From positions 85-64,084 of the forward strand of contig JADGAM010000002.1 in NCBI GenBank assembly GCA_015232015.1: a DNA stretch of 64,000 bases. The letters run 5' to 3'. The translations under genes and the position numbers were made by a program. The notes under the pieces were generated by a model. The model searched no databases. It had not been told where the DNA came from and worked only from the letters and a program-made list of their open reading frames with translations. The stretch's first letter is position 1. Every line of letters begins with the position of its first letter. The DNA comes from Oligoflexia bacterium (lineage in GTDB: Bacteria > Bdellovibrionota > Bacteriovoracia > Bacteriovoracales > Bacteriovoracaceae). Below, one piece after another: positions 26,709 to 36,279 of this stretch.

Positions 26709-27971
26709 TTATCTAATTGGGTAAACAGGGAATTCTTTACACAAGTTAACAACTTTATTTTTTATGTCTTTTAAAAGTGTTGCATCTTTTGGATTCTTTA
26801 AAGCTTTTGCAATCCAAAGAGTAATATCTTTAACATGATTTTCCTTAAAACCCCTAGTAGTAATTGCGGGAGTTCCAAGCCTAATACCTGAAGTAACAAA
26901 AGGTGATCTCTTATCGCCAGGAACCATATTTTTATTACAAGTTATTGCAACTGTCTCTAGAATTGCTTGAGCTTCTTTTCCTGACATGTTTACCGAGTCT
27001 GTTTTAACAAGCATTAAATGATTATCAGTTCCTTGAGACGCTAGCTGGATTCCTTCTGCCATCAATGTTTTGGACATCATTTGAGCATTTGCTAGAACCT
27101 GTTTTTGATATTCTTTAAAACTTGGATCTAGTGCCTCTTTAAATGCAACTGCCTTGGCAGCAATTACATGTTCCAATGGGCCACCTTGCACACCTGGGAA
27201 TACGCTTGAATTTAATTTCTTTTCCCACTCTCCTGCAGGAGAGGCAATTATAATTCCTCCTCGAGGTCCACGCAATGTTTTATGTGTGGTTGAAGTAACA
27301 ATATCTGCAATTCCCACGGGTGATGGGTGAAGTCCTGTCGCCACTAATCCTGCAATATGCGCCATATCTACCATTAAAATTGCTCCAACTTTATTTGCAA
27401 TCTCTTTCATCGTCATAAAATCAATTATTCTTGGATATGCAGAAGCTCCAGCAACGATAAGTCGTGGTCTCTCATGTTTTACCATATCTTCCATTTGGTT
27501 GTAGTCAATTCTCTCTGTCACTGGATCAAGACAATATGAACGAACATTATACATTTGGCCTGAAAAATTAACAGGACTTCCATGAGTCAAATGGCCACCC
27601 TCATTCAAACTCATCCCCATAACTTTATCGCCTGGTTTTAAAACAGCAAAGTATGCGGCCATATTTGCTTGAGCACCTGAATGTGGCTGTACATTTGCGT
27701 ATTCAGCATTAAATAATTTTTTAAGTCTTGTTCTAGCAAGTTCTTCTACTTCATCAACAAATTCACACCCACCATAGTAACGTTTCTGAGGATATCCTTC
27801 TGCATATTTATTAGTTAAAAGTGATCCTTGTGCTGCCATCACTGCTGGACTTGCATAGTTTTCAGAGGCAATAAGTTCCAATCCTTCCTCTTGTCTCTTC
27901 CTCTCGTTATCAATAAGCCCAAATATTTCAGAATCCATTTTACTTAAGTGAGTTGCATCTTGATGGAACAT
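26709..27971 (-). CDS. glyA: Serine hydroxymethyltransferase
   Basis: Reads ..[48 protein letters not shown].. across the full length (420 aa). Confidence 0.95.
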   Translation of the reverse strand: MFHQDATHLSKMDSEIFGLIDNERKRQEEGLELIASENYASPAVMAAQGSLLTNKYAEGYPQKRYYGGCEFVDEVEELARTRLKKLFNAEYANVQPHSGAQANMAAYFAVLKPGDKVMGMSLNEGGHLTHGSPVNFSGQMYNVRSYCLDPVTERIDYNQMEDMVKHERPRLIVAGASAYPRIIDFMTMKEIANKVGAILMVDMAHIAGLVATGLHPSPVGIADIVTSTTHKTLRGPRGGIIIASPAGEWEKKLNSSVFPGVQGGPLEHVIAAKAVAFKEALDPSFKEYQKQVLANAQMMSKTLMAEGIQLASQGTDNHLMLVKTDSVNMSGKEAQAILETVAITCNKNMVPGDKRSPFVTSGIRLGTPAITTRGFKENHVKDITLWIAKALKNPKDATLLKDIKNKVVNLCKEFPVYPIR

Positions 27972-28061
27972 TTTTAGTCTCCTAATCTATTAATTATTAC
28001 AATTATATATAATTGTTGCGATTTGAAATTATATAATTCACAATTATTTTTTCTAATTGAT

Positions 28062-28095
28062 TTAATATTAATCTTAAAATTAAGATTAATATTAA
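28062..28095. repeat. Near-perfect 34-bp palindrome (16-bp arms) between fabF stop and glyA start
   Basis: TTAATATTAATCTTAA|AA|TTAAGATTAATATTAA, checked pair by pair. Confidence 0.9.
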
Positions 28096-28124
28096 CGTTA
28101 CTTATCTTAAGCTTTGAATCTAGC

Positions 28125-29387
28125 TTAGCATTTTTTGAAAATCAAACAAGAATTTGTGCCACCAAATCCAAAAGAATTATTTAAAGCATAGGTAATATCT
28201 TTTTTTATTGCTTTATTGGGCACATAGTTCAAATCACATTTTGGATCTTCTTTGTCTAAATTAATAGTTGGAGGAATGATTCCATCTTTTATGGACATAA
28301 GACAAAAGATTGATTCTAATGCGCCAGCAGCACCAAGCAAGTGACCAGTCATTGATTTAGTTGCACTTATAGAGAGTTTATGAGCATGATTTTCAAATAC
28401 TTTTTTAATTGCATTAGTCTCTGCAATATCACCAAGTGGAGTTGCAGTTCCGTGAGCATTAATGTAATCAATTTTCTTTGCTTGTAAATCAGCATTATAT
28501 AAGGCCAAAGACATACAATTAATTGCCCCTTCTCCCTCTGGATGAGGCGCAGTGATATGATGAGCATCAGATGTAGCGGCCATTCCAACTAGCTCTGCAT
28601 ATATATTTGCTCCTCTTAAAATTGCCTTCTCCATATCTTCAAGTACTATTATACCCGCACCCTCTCCCATAACAAAACCATCTCTATCTAAATCAAAGGG
28701 TCTTGATGCTTTTTCAGGTTCTTCATTTCTTTTAGAAATCGCTTTCATATTAGCAAACCCAGAAATTGGAAGATAAGTTAAAACTGCTTCTGCTCCTCCA
28801 GTAATCATTACATCATGATTACCTAACATGATTTCGTGAGCAGCGGCCATAATTGCGTGTCCACTAGAAGCACATGCACTCGAGATAGAATAATTTGCAC
28901 CTTTAAGGCCATACTTTATTGAAATATAACCAGAGGTCATATTGGGAATAACGGAAGGAATGAAAAATGGACTAACTTTTCGTGAACCACCATTTAAGTA
29001 GGCAGTGCTTGTTTGCTCAATAATTGGAAATCCCCCCATCCCAACTCCAATAATCACACCTACTCTATCAAGCATAAAAAAATTACTCTCTATGATTTGC
29101 GCGTCTTTTATGGCCTCCTCACAAGAGTGAACAGCATAGTGTACAAATTTATCAAATTTTTTTTGTTCTTTTTCTGGAATTAAGTCAGGAGATATTGTGA
29201 AATTTTTAACCTCTCCTCCAAATTTTACCGGCAAATCATTTGTTTCAATGTTTGATAGAGAAGAAACACCTGAGCGCCCTTCCACAGCTCGCGCCCAAAT
29301 ATCTTTTACATTGTGACCTAAACCACAAATTGCACCAATTCCAGTGACAGCAACCCGCCTAAGACTTCTAATACGCTCAGAAGACAT
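28125..29387 (-). CDS. fabF: 3-oxoacyl-ACP synthase II
   Basis: Reads ..RRVAVTGIGAI.., active-site context SSACASSGHAI, ..NAHGTATPLGD.. and ..NSFGFGGTN... Confidence 0.95.
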   Translation of the reverse strand: MSSERIRSLRRVAVTGIGAICGLGHNVKDIWARAVEGRSGVSSLSNIETNDLPVKFGGEVKNFTISPDLIPEKEQKKFDKFVHYAVHSCEEAIKDAQIIESNFFMLDRVGVIIGVGMGGFPIIEQTSTAYLNGGSRKVSPFFIPSVIPNMTSGYISIKYGLKGANYSISSACASSGHAIMAAAHEIMLGNHDVMITGGAEAVLTYLPISGFANMKAISKRNEEPEKASRPFDLDRDGFVMGEGAGIIVLEDMEKAILRGANIYAELVGMAATSDAHHITAPHPEGEGAINCMSLALYNADLQAKKIDYINAHGTATPLGDIAETNAIKKVFENHAHKLSISATKSMTGHLLGAAGALESIFCLMSIKDGIIPPTINLDKEDPKCDLNYVPNKAIKKDITYALNNSFGFGGTNSCLIFKKC

Positions 29388-29515
29388 AATAAAACCCTTA
29401 TTAAATTAAGTATTAAGTTATTATTAAGTTATTTTTGTATCTAATTTTATATCTTAATATAATATACTGACTATGATACTAATATAATACTGCTACTAAC
29501 ACTGTAATTATATCG

Positions 29516-29746
29516 TTATTGCTTTTTTGATTCAATATATCCAACAACATCTTTAATAGATTTTAAACTTTCAGCTTCATTTTCTGGAATTTCTATACCA
29601 AATTCGTCTTCCATTTTCATCATAAGCTCAACGATATCGAGTGAATCAAGATTTAAATCATCTATAAAACAGGTATTTTCATTTCTTTTTGATGGATCAA
29701 TATTAGTGGCCTCAGATACCAATTGAATTACTCGTTCTTGCATCAT
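29516..29746 (-). CDS. acpP: Acyl carrier protein
   Basis: The start is moved to ATG 29746, with GGAGG 9 nt upstream. Phosphopantetheine site DLNLDSLDIVELMMKMEDEFGIEIP. Confidence 0.95.
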   Translation of the reverse strand: MMQERVIQLVSEATNIDPSKRNENTCFIDDLNLDSLDIVELMMKMEDEFGIEIPENEAESLKSIKDVVGYIESKKQ

Positions 29747-29843
29747 AAAAAGTAACCTCCATACAATAGTTAACTTCACTTAAAGACTATAAATTAATAT
29801 TACATCTAACTAAAACCACATTAACAACTCACGACTACACTAA

Positions 29844-29885
29844 ATATATAAATAAATAAATTTATATATTTATTTATTTATATAT
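29844..29885. repeat. 42-bp AT-only palindrome (one mismatch) overlapping the fabG stop, upstream of acpP
   Basis: atatataaataaataaattt/atatatttatttatttatatat. Pairing was checked position by position, and only 29862/29867 mismatch. Confidence 0.85.
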
Positions 29886-30690
29886 AAAGTCCTCCATCAA
29901 CTTTAATAACTTCTCCAGTTATATAACTTGATGTTTCACTTAATAAAAAACACACTAAATTGGCAACCTCTCTACTAGTTCCGGCCCTTCCTAAAGGAAT
30001 TTTTTCCAAATAACCCTCTTTAACTTTTTCATTTAGTGAAGAGGTCATATCTGTTTCAATTAGTCCGGGACAAATTGCGTTGCATCTGATTTTTTTAGAA
30101 GACATTTCTTTTGCATAGGACTTTGTTAATCCAATTAACCCTGCCTTGGATGAAGAATATACAATCTGAGATGGATTTCCCATCAATCCAACTACAGAGC
30201 TAATATTAACAATAGATACATTCTGTGCTTTCATAAAATTTCTAGTAAGCGCAGAGGTTACATAAATAGCACCTTTTAAATTGGTGTCTATAACGGTGGA
30301 AACATCTTCTTCTTTTATTCTTAACGCTAATTGATCTTTGGTTATTCCTGCATTATTTACAAGTCCAGTTATTGCAGGTCCATCTTTTAAAAATTTAGAG
30401 ATTGAATCATTTACCTCATCATATTTGGAAATATCAAAAGTAAGTGGAGTAAATTTCCCTCCTAAACTTTCAATTTCATCTTTTAACACTCTAGCATTTT
30501 CAATATTTTTTTCGCTATTAATATAGTTGCAAACCAGATGGGATTTCTGTTTCGCCAATGATAAAACTATTTCTCTACCGATACCTCTCATAGTTCCGGT
30601 AACTAAAATTACTTTTTCTTTCAAATCAGAATAGCTAAAGCTAACATTCGGAGTAGTATTCGTAGTAGCATTCGTAATTAATTCTGTCAT
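29878..30690 (-). CDS. fabG: 3-oxoacyl-ACP reductase
   Basis: SDR motifs VTGTMRGIGREI, NNAG and YSSSKAG. It has a ~24-aa T/N-rich N-terminal extension. Confidence 0.9.
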   Translation of the reverse strand: MTELITNATTNTTPNVSFSYSDLKEKVILVTGTMRGIGREIVLSLAKQKSHLVCNYINSEKNIENARVLKDEIESLGGKFTPLTFDISKYDEVNDSISKFLKDGPAITGLVNNAGITKDQLALRIKEEDVSTVIDTNLKGAIYVTSALTRNFMKAQNVSIVNISSVVGLMGNPSQIVYSSSKAGLIGLTKSYAKEMSSKKIRCNAICPGLIETDMTSSLNEKVKEGYLEKIPLGRAGTSREVANLVCFLLSETSSYITGEVIKVDGGLYI

Positions 30691-30694
30691 AGGT

Positions 30695-31699
30695 CTAACT
30701 CAACTCTTTAATTAACTCAATAAATGAATTTTCATCACAAATTGATATTACATTCATCTCCGGCCTAATTTTTTTTATCATTCCCTTAAGCACTTTACCT
30801 GGCCCTACTTCTATACACAACAATTCTGTATTTTGATCAAAATCAGCTACTGCAGGCACTCTCATGCTTTGACACCATAAAACACTGCCTGCCACCTGAT
30901 CAATTAAATTTTCTCTAATTATATTTGGATCACTGTCAATCTTGTATTCTTTTGCATTAACATTCGCAATATAGCTAATTTTATTTTTGTTAAATTGTAT
31001 TTTATCCAACTCTTTTTTTAATTTTTGTGTTGCTGGCCTCATGAGTGATGAATGAAATGGGGCAGAGACTTCTAGTGGAATTGCTCTTACTCTAACTAAT
31101 TTCTCTTCTAAAAATTTTATAGCTCTTTCGCAGGCATCAGCATGACCAGAAATAACAATTTGATCTGGATCATTATAATTTGCAGGCATCACTTCACTTT
31201 CTGGACGTGACACTTCTTTGCATGCTAATCTAACTTCATCTTCTGGAACTTTTAATAATGCTACCATTTTTCCAATACCAACTGGCACAGCTTCCTGCAT
31301 ATATTTACCTCTGAGGTTTACCAATTTAACTGCATCTTCGAAATTTATAACTTGAGCTGCTACCAATGCTGAGTATTCACCTACAGAGTGCCCTAAAACG
31401 CAATTGATTTTAATATTTTTTGAGTCTAAAATTTTTTTCACTTCACTAAAAAGTGCTATCTCAATGGTGACTAATGCTGGTTGAGTGTTTTCTGTTAATT
31501 TTAATTTCTCTTGTGAACCATTAAAAATTATCTCTGATAATTTATAACCTAAAGTATTATCTGCTCTTAAAAAATAATCATGAAGATGCTTATACTCTAA
31601 ACTATCAATAAATGTTTTTCCCATTCCCACATATTGAGAACCTTGACCAGGAAATACAATTATAATTGATTTTGATTTTTGCGTGCTACTACTATTCAT
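30695..31699 (-). CDS. fabD: Malonyl-CoA:ACP transacylase
   Basis: Reads FPGQGSQYVGMG and the active-site GHSVGEYSAL. Confidence 0.9.
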   Translation of the reverse strand: MNSSSTQKSKSIIIVFPGQGSQYVGMGKTFIDSLEYKHLHDYFLRADNTLGYKLSEIIFNGSQEKLKLTENTQPALVTIEIALFSEVKKILDSKNIKINCVLGHSVGEYSALVAAQVINFEDAVKLVNLRGKYMQEAVPVGIGKMVALLKVPEDEVRLACKEVSRPESEVMPANYNDPDQIVISGHADACERAIKFLEEKLVRVRAIPLEVSAPFHSSLMRPATQKLKKELDKIQFNKNKISYIANVNAKEYKIDSDPNIIRENLIDQVAGSVLWCQSMRVPAVADFDQNTELLCIEVGPGKVLKGMIKKIRPEMNVISICDENSFIELIKELS

Positions 31700-31754
31700 T
31701 GAAGATTACCTCTATCACCATACTCTATCATAATCATAATAATCTAATCCCGAA

Positions 31755-32765
31755 TTAATATCTTAACACTGTTGAAGCGGAGGTGAGACCTCCTCCAAAA
31801 GCTGATAAGAGAATGAGTTGGCCACGTTTTATTCTGCCATCACTTACTGCTTGATGAAAAGCTGTTGGAATTGTGGCCGCTGATGTATTTGCATAATCCT
31901 CGATATTAATAACAACTTTATTAGGATTTATATTTAATCTATTAGCAGTTGCCTCAAGTATTCTGATGTTTGCCTGGTGAGGAACAAACCAATCTATATC
32001 TTCTATTCCTTTTAATCCTGCAGAGTTTAGAGCTGCAAGTGAAATATCTGTTAATGTTCTAACGGCTACTTTAAACATTTCTTTGCCATTCATTGTTAGG
32101 TATCTTTCCTTGCTGGCAGCAATTTCTGGAGTTATTGGGTTAACTGAACCACCATATGTCTGATATAAAAACTCTCTACCCGTACCATCTGCACCTAATT
32201 TAGTAGATAAAATTTCTGATTTATCATTTGGATCTTCGTTACGTCCTACGACTGCTACCCCACAACCATCACCAAATAAAATACACACACCTCTATCACT
32301 CCAATCAACCTCTCTGCTCAACATCTCTGAGCCAATGATTAAAATCTTTTTCATCATTCCAGTTTGAATGAAGGAATTTGCTGTATTTAAAGCATATAAA
32401 AATCCTGAACATGCAGCTGAAATATCCATCGCTGCACATCCATTGGTGATGCCTAATTTAGTTTGTAAAATTGTAGCACAACTAGGGAGTCTATAATCGG
32501 GGGTAAAGGTTGCAAAAATAATGCAATCTATATCGTTAGGGGAGAGATTGGCATTTTTGAGAGCAATGAGAGATGCATTTAATGCCATGTCGGTAGGAAA
32601 TTCTCCGCCCTTTGTTGAAGATATTCTACGTTTTTTAATTCCAGTTCTTTCAGTAATCCATTGGTCTGAAGTATCGATAGATCTTGCTAAATCGTCATTT
32701 GTAACAATTTTTTGTGGATAATAAAGGCCTGTTCCTAAAATCTTCGTCCTATAATAAAGGGTCAT
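31755..32765 (-). CDS. fabH: 3-oxoacyl-ACP synthase III
   Basis: Reads ..DTSDQWITERTGIKKRR.., the active Cys in ISAACSGFLYAL, ..VPHQANIRI.. and ..GGGLT... Confidence 0.9.
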   Translation of the reverse strand: MTLYYRTKILGTGLYYPQKIVTNDDLARSIDTSDQWITERTGIKKRRISSTKGGEFPTDMALNASLIALKNANLSPNDIDCIIFATFTPDYRLPSCATILQTKLGITNGCAAMDISAACSGFLYALNTANSFIQTGMMKKILIIGSEMLSREVDWSDRGVCILFGDGCGVAVVGRNEDPNDKSEILSTKLGADGTGREFLYQTYGGSVNPITPEIAASKERYLTMNGKEMFKVAVRTLTDISLAALNSAGLKGIEDIDWFVPHQANIRILEATANRLNINPNKVVINIEDYANTSAATIPTAFHQAVSDGRIKRGQLILLSAFGGGLTSASTVLRY

Positions 32766-32919
32766 AAATAAATAAACCTCTACGCCAAAGGAATAAAATA
32801 ATAATAGAATATTCCAATAAATAAAAAACTGGAAAACTTAATTTGAAAATAATTTATTTAACTTTTTAGAATGCAGAAGAAAGTACTATCTGTATCTTCG
32901 AATCAGAGTGTGAAAGAAA

Positions 32920-33150
32920 TTAATTCTTTTCTTCGCTACTTCCTTCTACTTCACCCTCTGTCTCTTCTACTTTTATTTTGAATGCTTCTCTTCCTTTATA
33001 GGTTCCACATGATGGACATGCACAATGGGGAAGAGTAAGGTCCTTACAATTTGGACAGGTCATTGTTAATATACTATACAATTTATGATGTTGACCTGCG
33101 CGTCTCATTCCTTTTCTAGAAACACTTGTTCTTTTTTTTGGGGTGGCCAT
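32920..33150 (-). CDS. rpmF: 50S ribosomal protein L32 (with acidic C-terminal tail)
   Basis: MATPKKRTSVSRKGMRRAGQHHK..CPNC..CPSCGTYKGRE. Confidence 0.9.
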   Translation of the reverse strand: MATPKKRTSVSRKGMRRAGQHHKLYSILTMTCPNCKDLTLPHCACPSCGTYKGREAFKIKVEETEGEVEGSSEEKN

Positions 33151-33285
33151 AAAAACTCCGCTAAAATTTTTTTTGAAACAGCAACTTGAATCAATTACGA
33201 CATTAATTATAATTAGGCAAGCTGTCTTTTAATTGAACAAAATTGCTACCGCATAACACTTAATCTACCTACTGCAATAATACAA

Positions 33286-33873
33286 TTATAGAGTACAACA
33301 ATTTTCTTGCTGATGAACACATATTTTTTCGTTAAGATTTTCCCCACAAACTTGACACATACCTTTGCACTCCTCTGAATGCAATGGAAACTGATTGATG
33401 TTTAAAGATATTTGTTCATGAAAAAATTCTTTTAAGTCTATAATTTGTTCTTCATAAAAATATAATTCCATTTCTTCTGAATTTGCATAAATGGTAAGTT
33501 GATCAGCATATATTTCGTTTTTTTCTAAAATTTTAGGAATGAAGCATGCTTTAAAATCAATAGTAAAACTATCATTCATATCATTGAGGCATCTAATACA
33601 TGATGTTTTATAAAAACAATCAATACTTCCCTCTAAAAATATATGTTCTAATAATTCTGAGTTATCTTTCTTTACGATTTTAATATCAATATTTAGGTAC
33701 GAATCTTTATGAGTATCTTGAGGTGGATCTTGGGATGAACCAGGGAGTTGTTCTATTTCACTTAGAAGGAATTTTAACCAATCACAATTGCTATCATTTA
33801 GTTGAAAAGTTTTTTCATTATTTAACGCTAGTTTTCTCACGTTTAATATTTGATTTAAAAAAACATCTACCAT
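33286..33873 (-). CDS. yceD: YceD/DUF177 family protein
   Basis: Canonical position upstream of rpmF. Reads ..SCIRCLNDM.. and the C-terminal ..CKGMCQVCGENLN.. Cys pairs typical of DUF177. Confidence 0.7.
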   Translation of the reverse strand: MVDVFLNQILNVRKLALNNEKTFQLNDSNCDWLKFLLSEIEQLPGSSQDPPQDTHKDSYLNIDIKIVKKDNSELLEHIFLEGSIDCFYKTSCIRCLNDMNDSFTIDFKACFIPKILEKNEIYADQLTIYANSEEMELYFYEEQIIDLKEFFHEQISLNINQFPLHSEECKGMCQVCGENLNEKICVHQQENCCTL

Positions 33874-34000
33874 TTTTTATTTCTCCTAATATAATAATAA
33901 GTAAAAACATTACGTGCAGTGGCCTTTATATTTTATAAGAGGTCAGTTGTCAACGCTAGGCATATGATCATTTCATATATATTTTCCTATAATTAAATTT

Positions 34001-34651
34001 ATGCATAATTTAACAATAAAAAAAATTATTCTACTAACTGGTTTCATGGGATCAGGAAAAAGTTTTCTGCTTAAAAAACTTTTGTTTAATCATAAATTTA
34101 ATAAAATCAATAAACTTAAAAATAAAAAAATTCAGATGCAAACAATACAAGTGCAAGCAATTGATCTTGATTTGGAAACACTTCAATCTGCATCCGCTGA
34201 TTCAATTGAATCAATAGGACTAACTAATTTCAGAAAAAAAGAATATATTACTCTTAAAAAAGTAATTAAAAATTTTTTAATACAAGAACCACAAAATAAC
34301 CAACAAAATGATAAAAATGAACAAAAAGATCGCCTTCTTATTGTGGCCCTAGGTGGTGGTGCTTTAAATAAAAAAACACTCTCCCTAATTGCAAAAATTA
34401 ATAAAGATTTTAATTTTGCAATTAGAACAATTTGGTTAGATATTCCATTTAGTGTTTGTTATCAACGAATGCTTAGGGATCAAAAAATAAATAATTCTCC
34501 TATACGACCTTTAATGAAAAAAGGAAAAGAATATCTGAAAAAATTATATGAGAAAAGAAAATACTTTTATTCTCAAGCTAATTTAAAACTTTCTTTAGAA
34601 GAAATTGACAAAATACATTCTTTCAAAGAACTTTTAAAATATGTACGTTAA
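34001..34651 (+). CDS. aroK: Shikimate kinase-like P-loop kinase (with insertions)
   Basis: Reads ILLTGFMGSGKSFLLKKL, ..DLDLE..SI..IGLTNFRKKEY.. and VALGGGAL. It contains N/K/Q-rich inserts relative to canonical AroK. Confidence 0.65.
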   Translation: MHNLTIKKIILLTGFMGSGKSFLLKKLLFNHKFNKINKLKNKKIQMQTIQVQAIDLDLETLQSASADSIESIGLTNFRKKEYITLKKVIKNFLIQEPQNNQQNDKNEQKDRLLIVALGGGALNKKTLSLIAKINKDFNFAIRTIWLDIPFSVCYQRMLRDQKINNSPIRPLMKKGKEYLKKLYEKRKYFYSQANLKLSLEEIDKIHSFKELLKYVR

Positions 34652-34684
34652 TGTACTTCAATCTACTTCTAGGAGATAACCCAC

Positions 34685-36241
34685 GTGCACCTAACAAAAC
34701 AAGCTTCTGAATCGGAAATAGATCATTCAACTTCAACCATAGCAATAGAAATAACTGAAGATCAAGATAATATTGCAGCCCTTATTCTAGAGGATTTAAG
34801 TTGTGCTAATGATATCTCCTACACACTTAAAGAACTAAATATTTTTCCTTACGTTTTTAGAGACATTGATGAATACTTAACTAATCTGACCAATTTTTCT
34901 CCTTTCATAAGTATTATTGATATTAAGAAATTTTTTGATAAAAAAAATATTTTTGAAAATCATTCGTTCTTTAATAATAATGAAAATAGCAAAAAAAATA
35001 ATGTTATTTTTTACTATGATGATAAATGTAAACAATTACTATCGTCTATATCTAATTTAAATCATAGTGGAGTTATCAATAGAAATGACAACTTGCTTTT
35101 AACTTTGAAATTTATCGTTTTACACCTAAAAGACGAAGCATTTGCCAAAAACAATCTTGAAAAAACACAAAAAGATCTTTCCAAGCAAAACAGTGACAAT
35201 AAATATCTTCGTAAGCACATAAAAGTCCTAGAGACAGAAAATAATCTCTATCGTAATTCCAACTCTGTTATAACTTTAATAAATCAAGAATATGATAAAT
35301 TAAAATATTCTCTTTATGCTAATAACATTCCATTGGAAACCAAAAATAAAATTCCTTTATCTCTAGAGAAATCTATATTTATAGAATTTTTAAGTAATCT
35401 TCTCGAAAAAGTAGAGTTTATTGAAAAATATTCACTGCTGTCTTACCATGATGAAGATGGAAAATTACTATCTACACTTCCTTCTCCGGCAAATTCTAAA
35501 AAATTTTTCCCTTTTCCTATCAACAACATAAAATGTTTTCCATCTTCGAAAATTGACAATAATGCTCAAAATAAAATTTTAAGTATGGCCATTCAAATTG
35601 TTGGTGAAAGTTGTTGGATGTTCAACTTATCTGGACATGATATCTTAATTGATTTAGCTATTGTTATTAAACCCACAAATAAAAATGCAATTGATTGGAC
35701 TTTAATTGAAAATTATTTAAACAATATTTATTCAAATATCTCCTATATTGTTAAAAAAATAATGTCTCAAACACTTGATCCATCTGGTATCAATATTAAT
35801 TTTGAAAAAAGTTTAACTCAATTTAATTTTATTAGACCTTGGGAATTTTTAAGTTCAATAGAAAATAAAAATGATAAGATTCATAATGAAACAATTTTCA
35901 TCTGTGTTGATTTCAAACCATTACTACTTTTTATTAATGATCACTATTATTGCAAATTTTTCTGGAGACATTTTATAGATGATTTTTTTAGAATCTATAA
36001 AAAAAATTGTCAATTAGAATTTAAAATTTCTTATATCGGAGTAAATATTTTTATCTTGCTTGTTAATAAAAATTTAGAAACAATATTCCTTGATAAATTT
36101 TATAAATACATAAAAGCATTTTCCTATAATAAATATTTCGAAGATTCATCCGTTTTTTCACATCAATATGTGTTTCCAGAAATTAGCATATTAACTTCCT
36201 TTACAAGAAAAGATTATTTGAGGTTACTAAATATATTGTAA
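34685..36241 (+). CDS. Receiver-like N-terminus / coiled coil / degenerate GGDEF-like C-terminus (probable inactive cyclase-fold protein)
   Basis: GTG start. The N-terminus ..IAALILEDLSCANDISYTLKELNIFPYVF.. is REC-like but lacks clear acidic-pocket residues. The C-terminus FICVDFKPLLLFINDHYYCKFFWRHFIDDFF..ISYIGVNIFILLV parallels DiDhFKxiNDxyGHxxGDxxL..RxGGDEFxill, with GGDEF replaced by IGVNIF. Confidence 0.4.
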   Translation: MHLTKQASESEIDHSTSTIAIEITEDQDNIAALILEDLSCANDISYTLKELNIFPYVFRDIDEYLTNLTNFSPFISIIDIKKFFDKKNIFENHSFFNNNENSKKNNVIFYYDDKCKQLLSSISNLNHSGVINRNDNLLLTLKFIVLHLKDEAFAKNNLEKTQKDLSKQNSDNKYLRKHIKVLETENNLYRNSNSVITLINQEYDKLKYSLYANNIPLETKNKIPLSLEKSIFIEFLSNLLEKVEFIEKYSLLSYHDEDGKLLSTLPSPANSKKFFPFPINNIKCFPSSKIDNNAQNKILSMAIQIVGESCWMFNLSGHDILIDLAIVIKPTNKNAIDWTLIENYLNNIYSNISYIVKKIMSQTLDPSGININFEKSLTQFNFIRPWEFLSSIENKNDKIHNETIFICVDFKPLLLFINDHYYCKFFWRHFIDDFFRIYKKNCQLEFKISYIGVNIFILLVNKNLETIFLDKFYKYIKAFSYNKYFEDSSVFSHQYVFPEISILTSFTRKDYLRLLNIL

Positions 36242-36279
36242 AATAATAAATAATTATATAACCAGGATATTTTTTAAAA

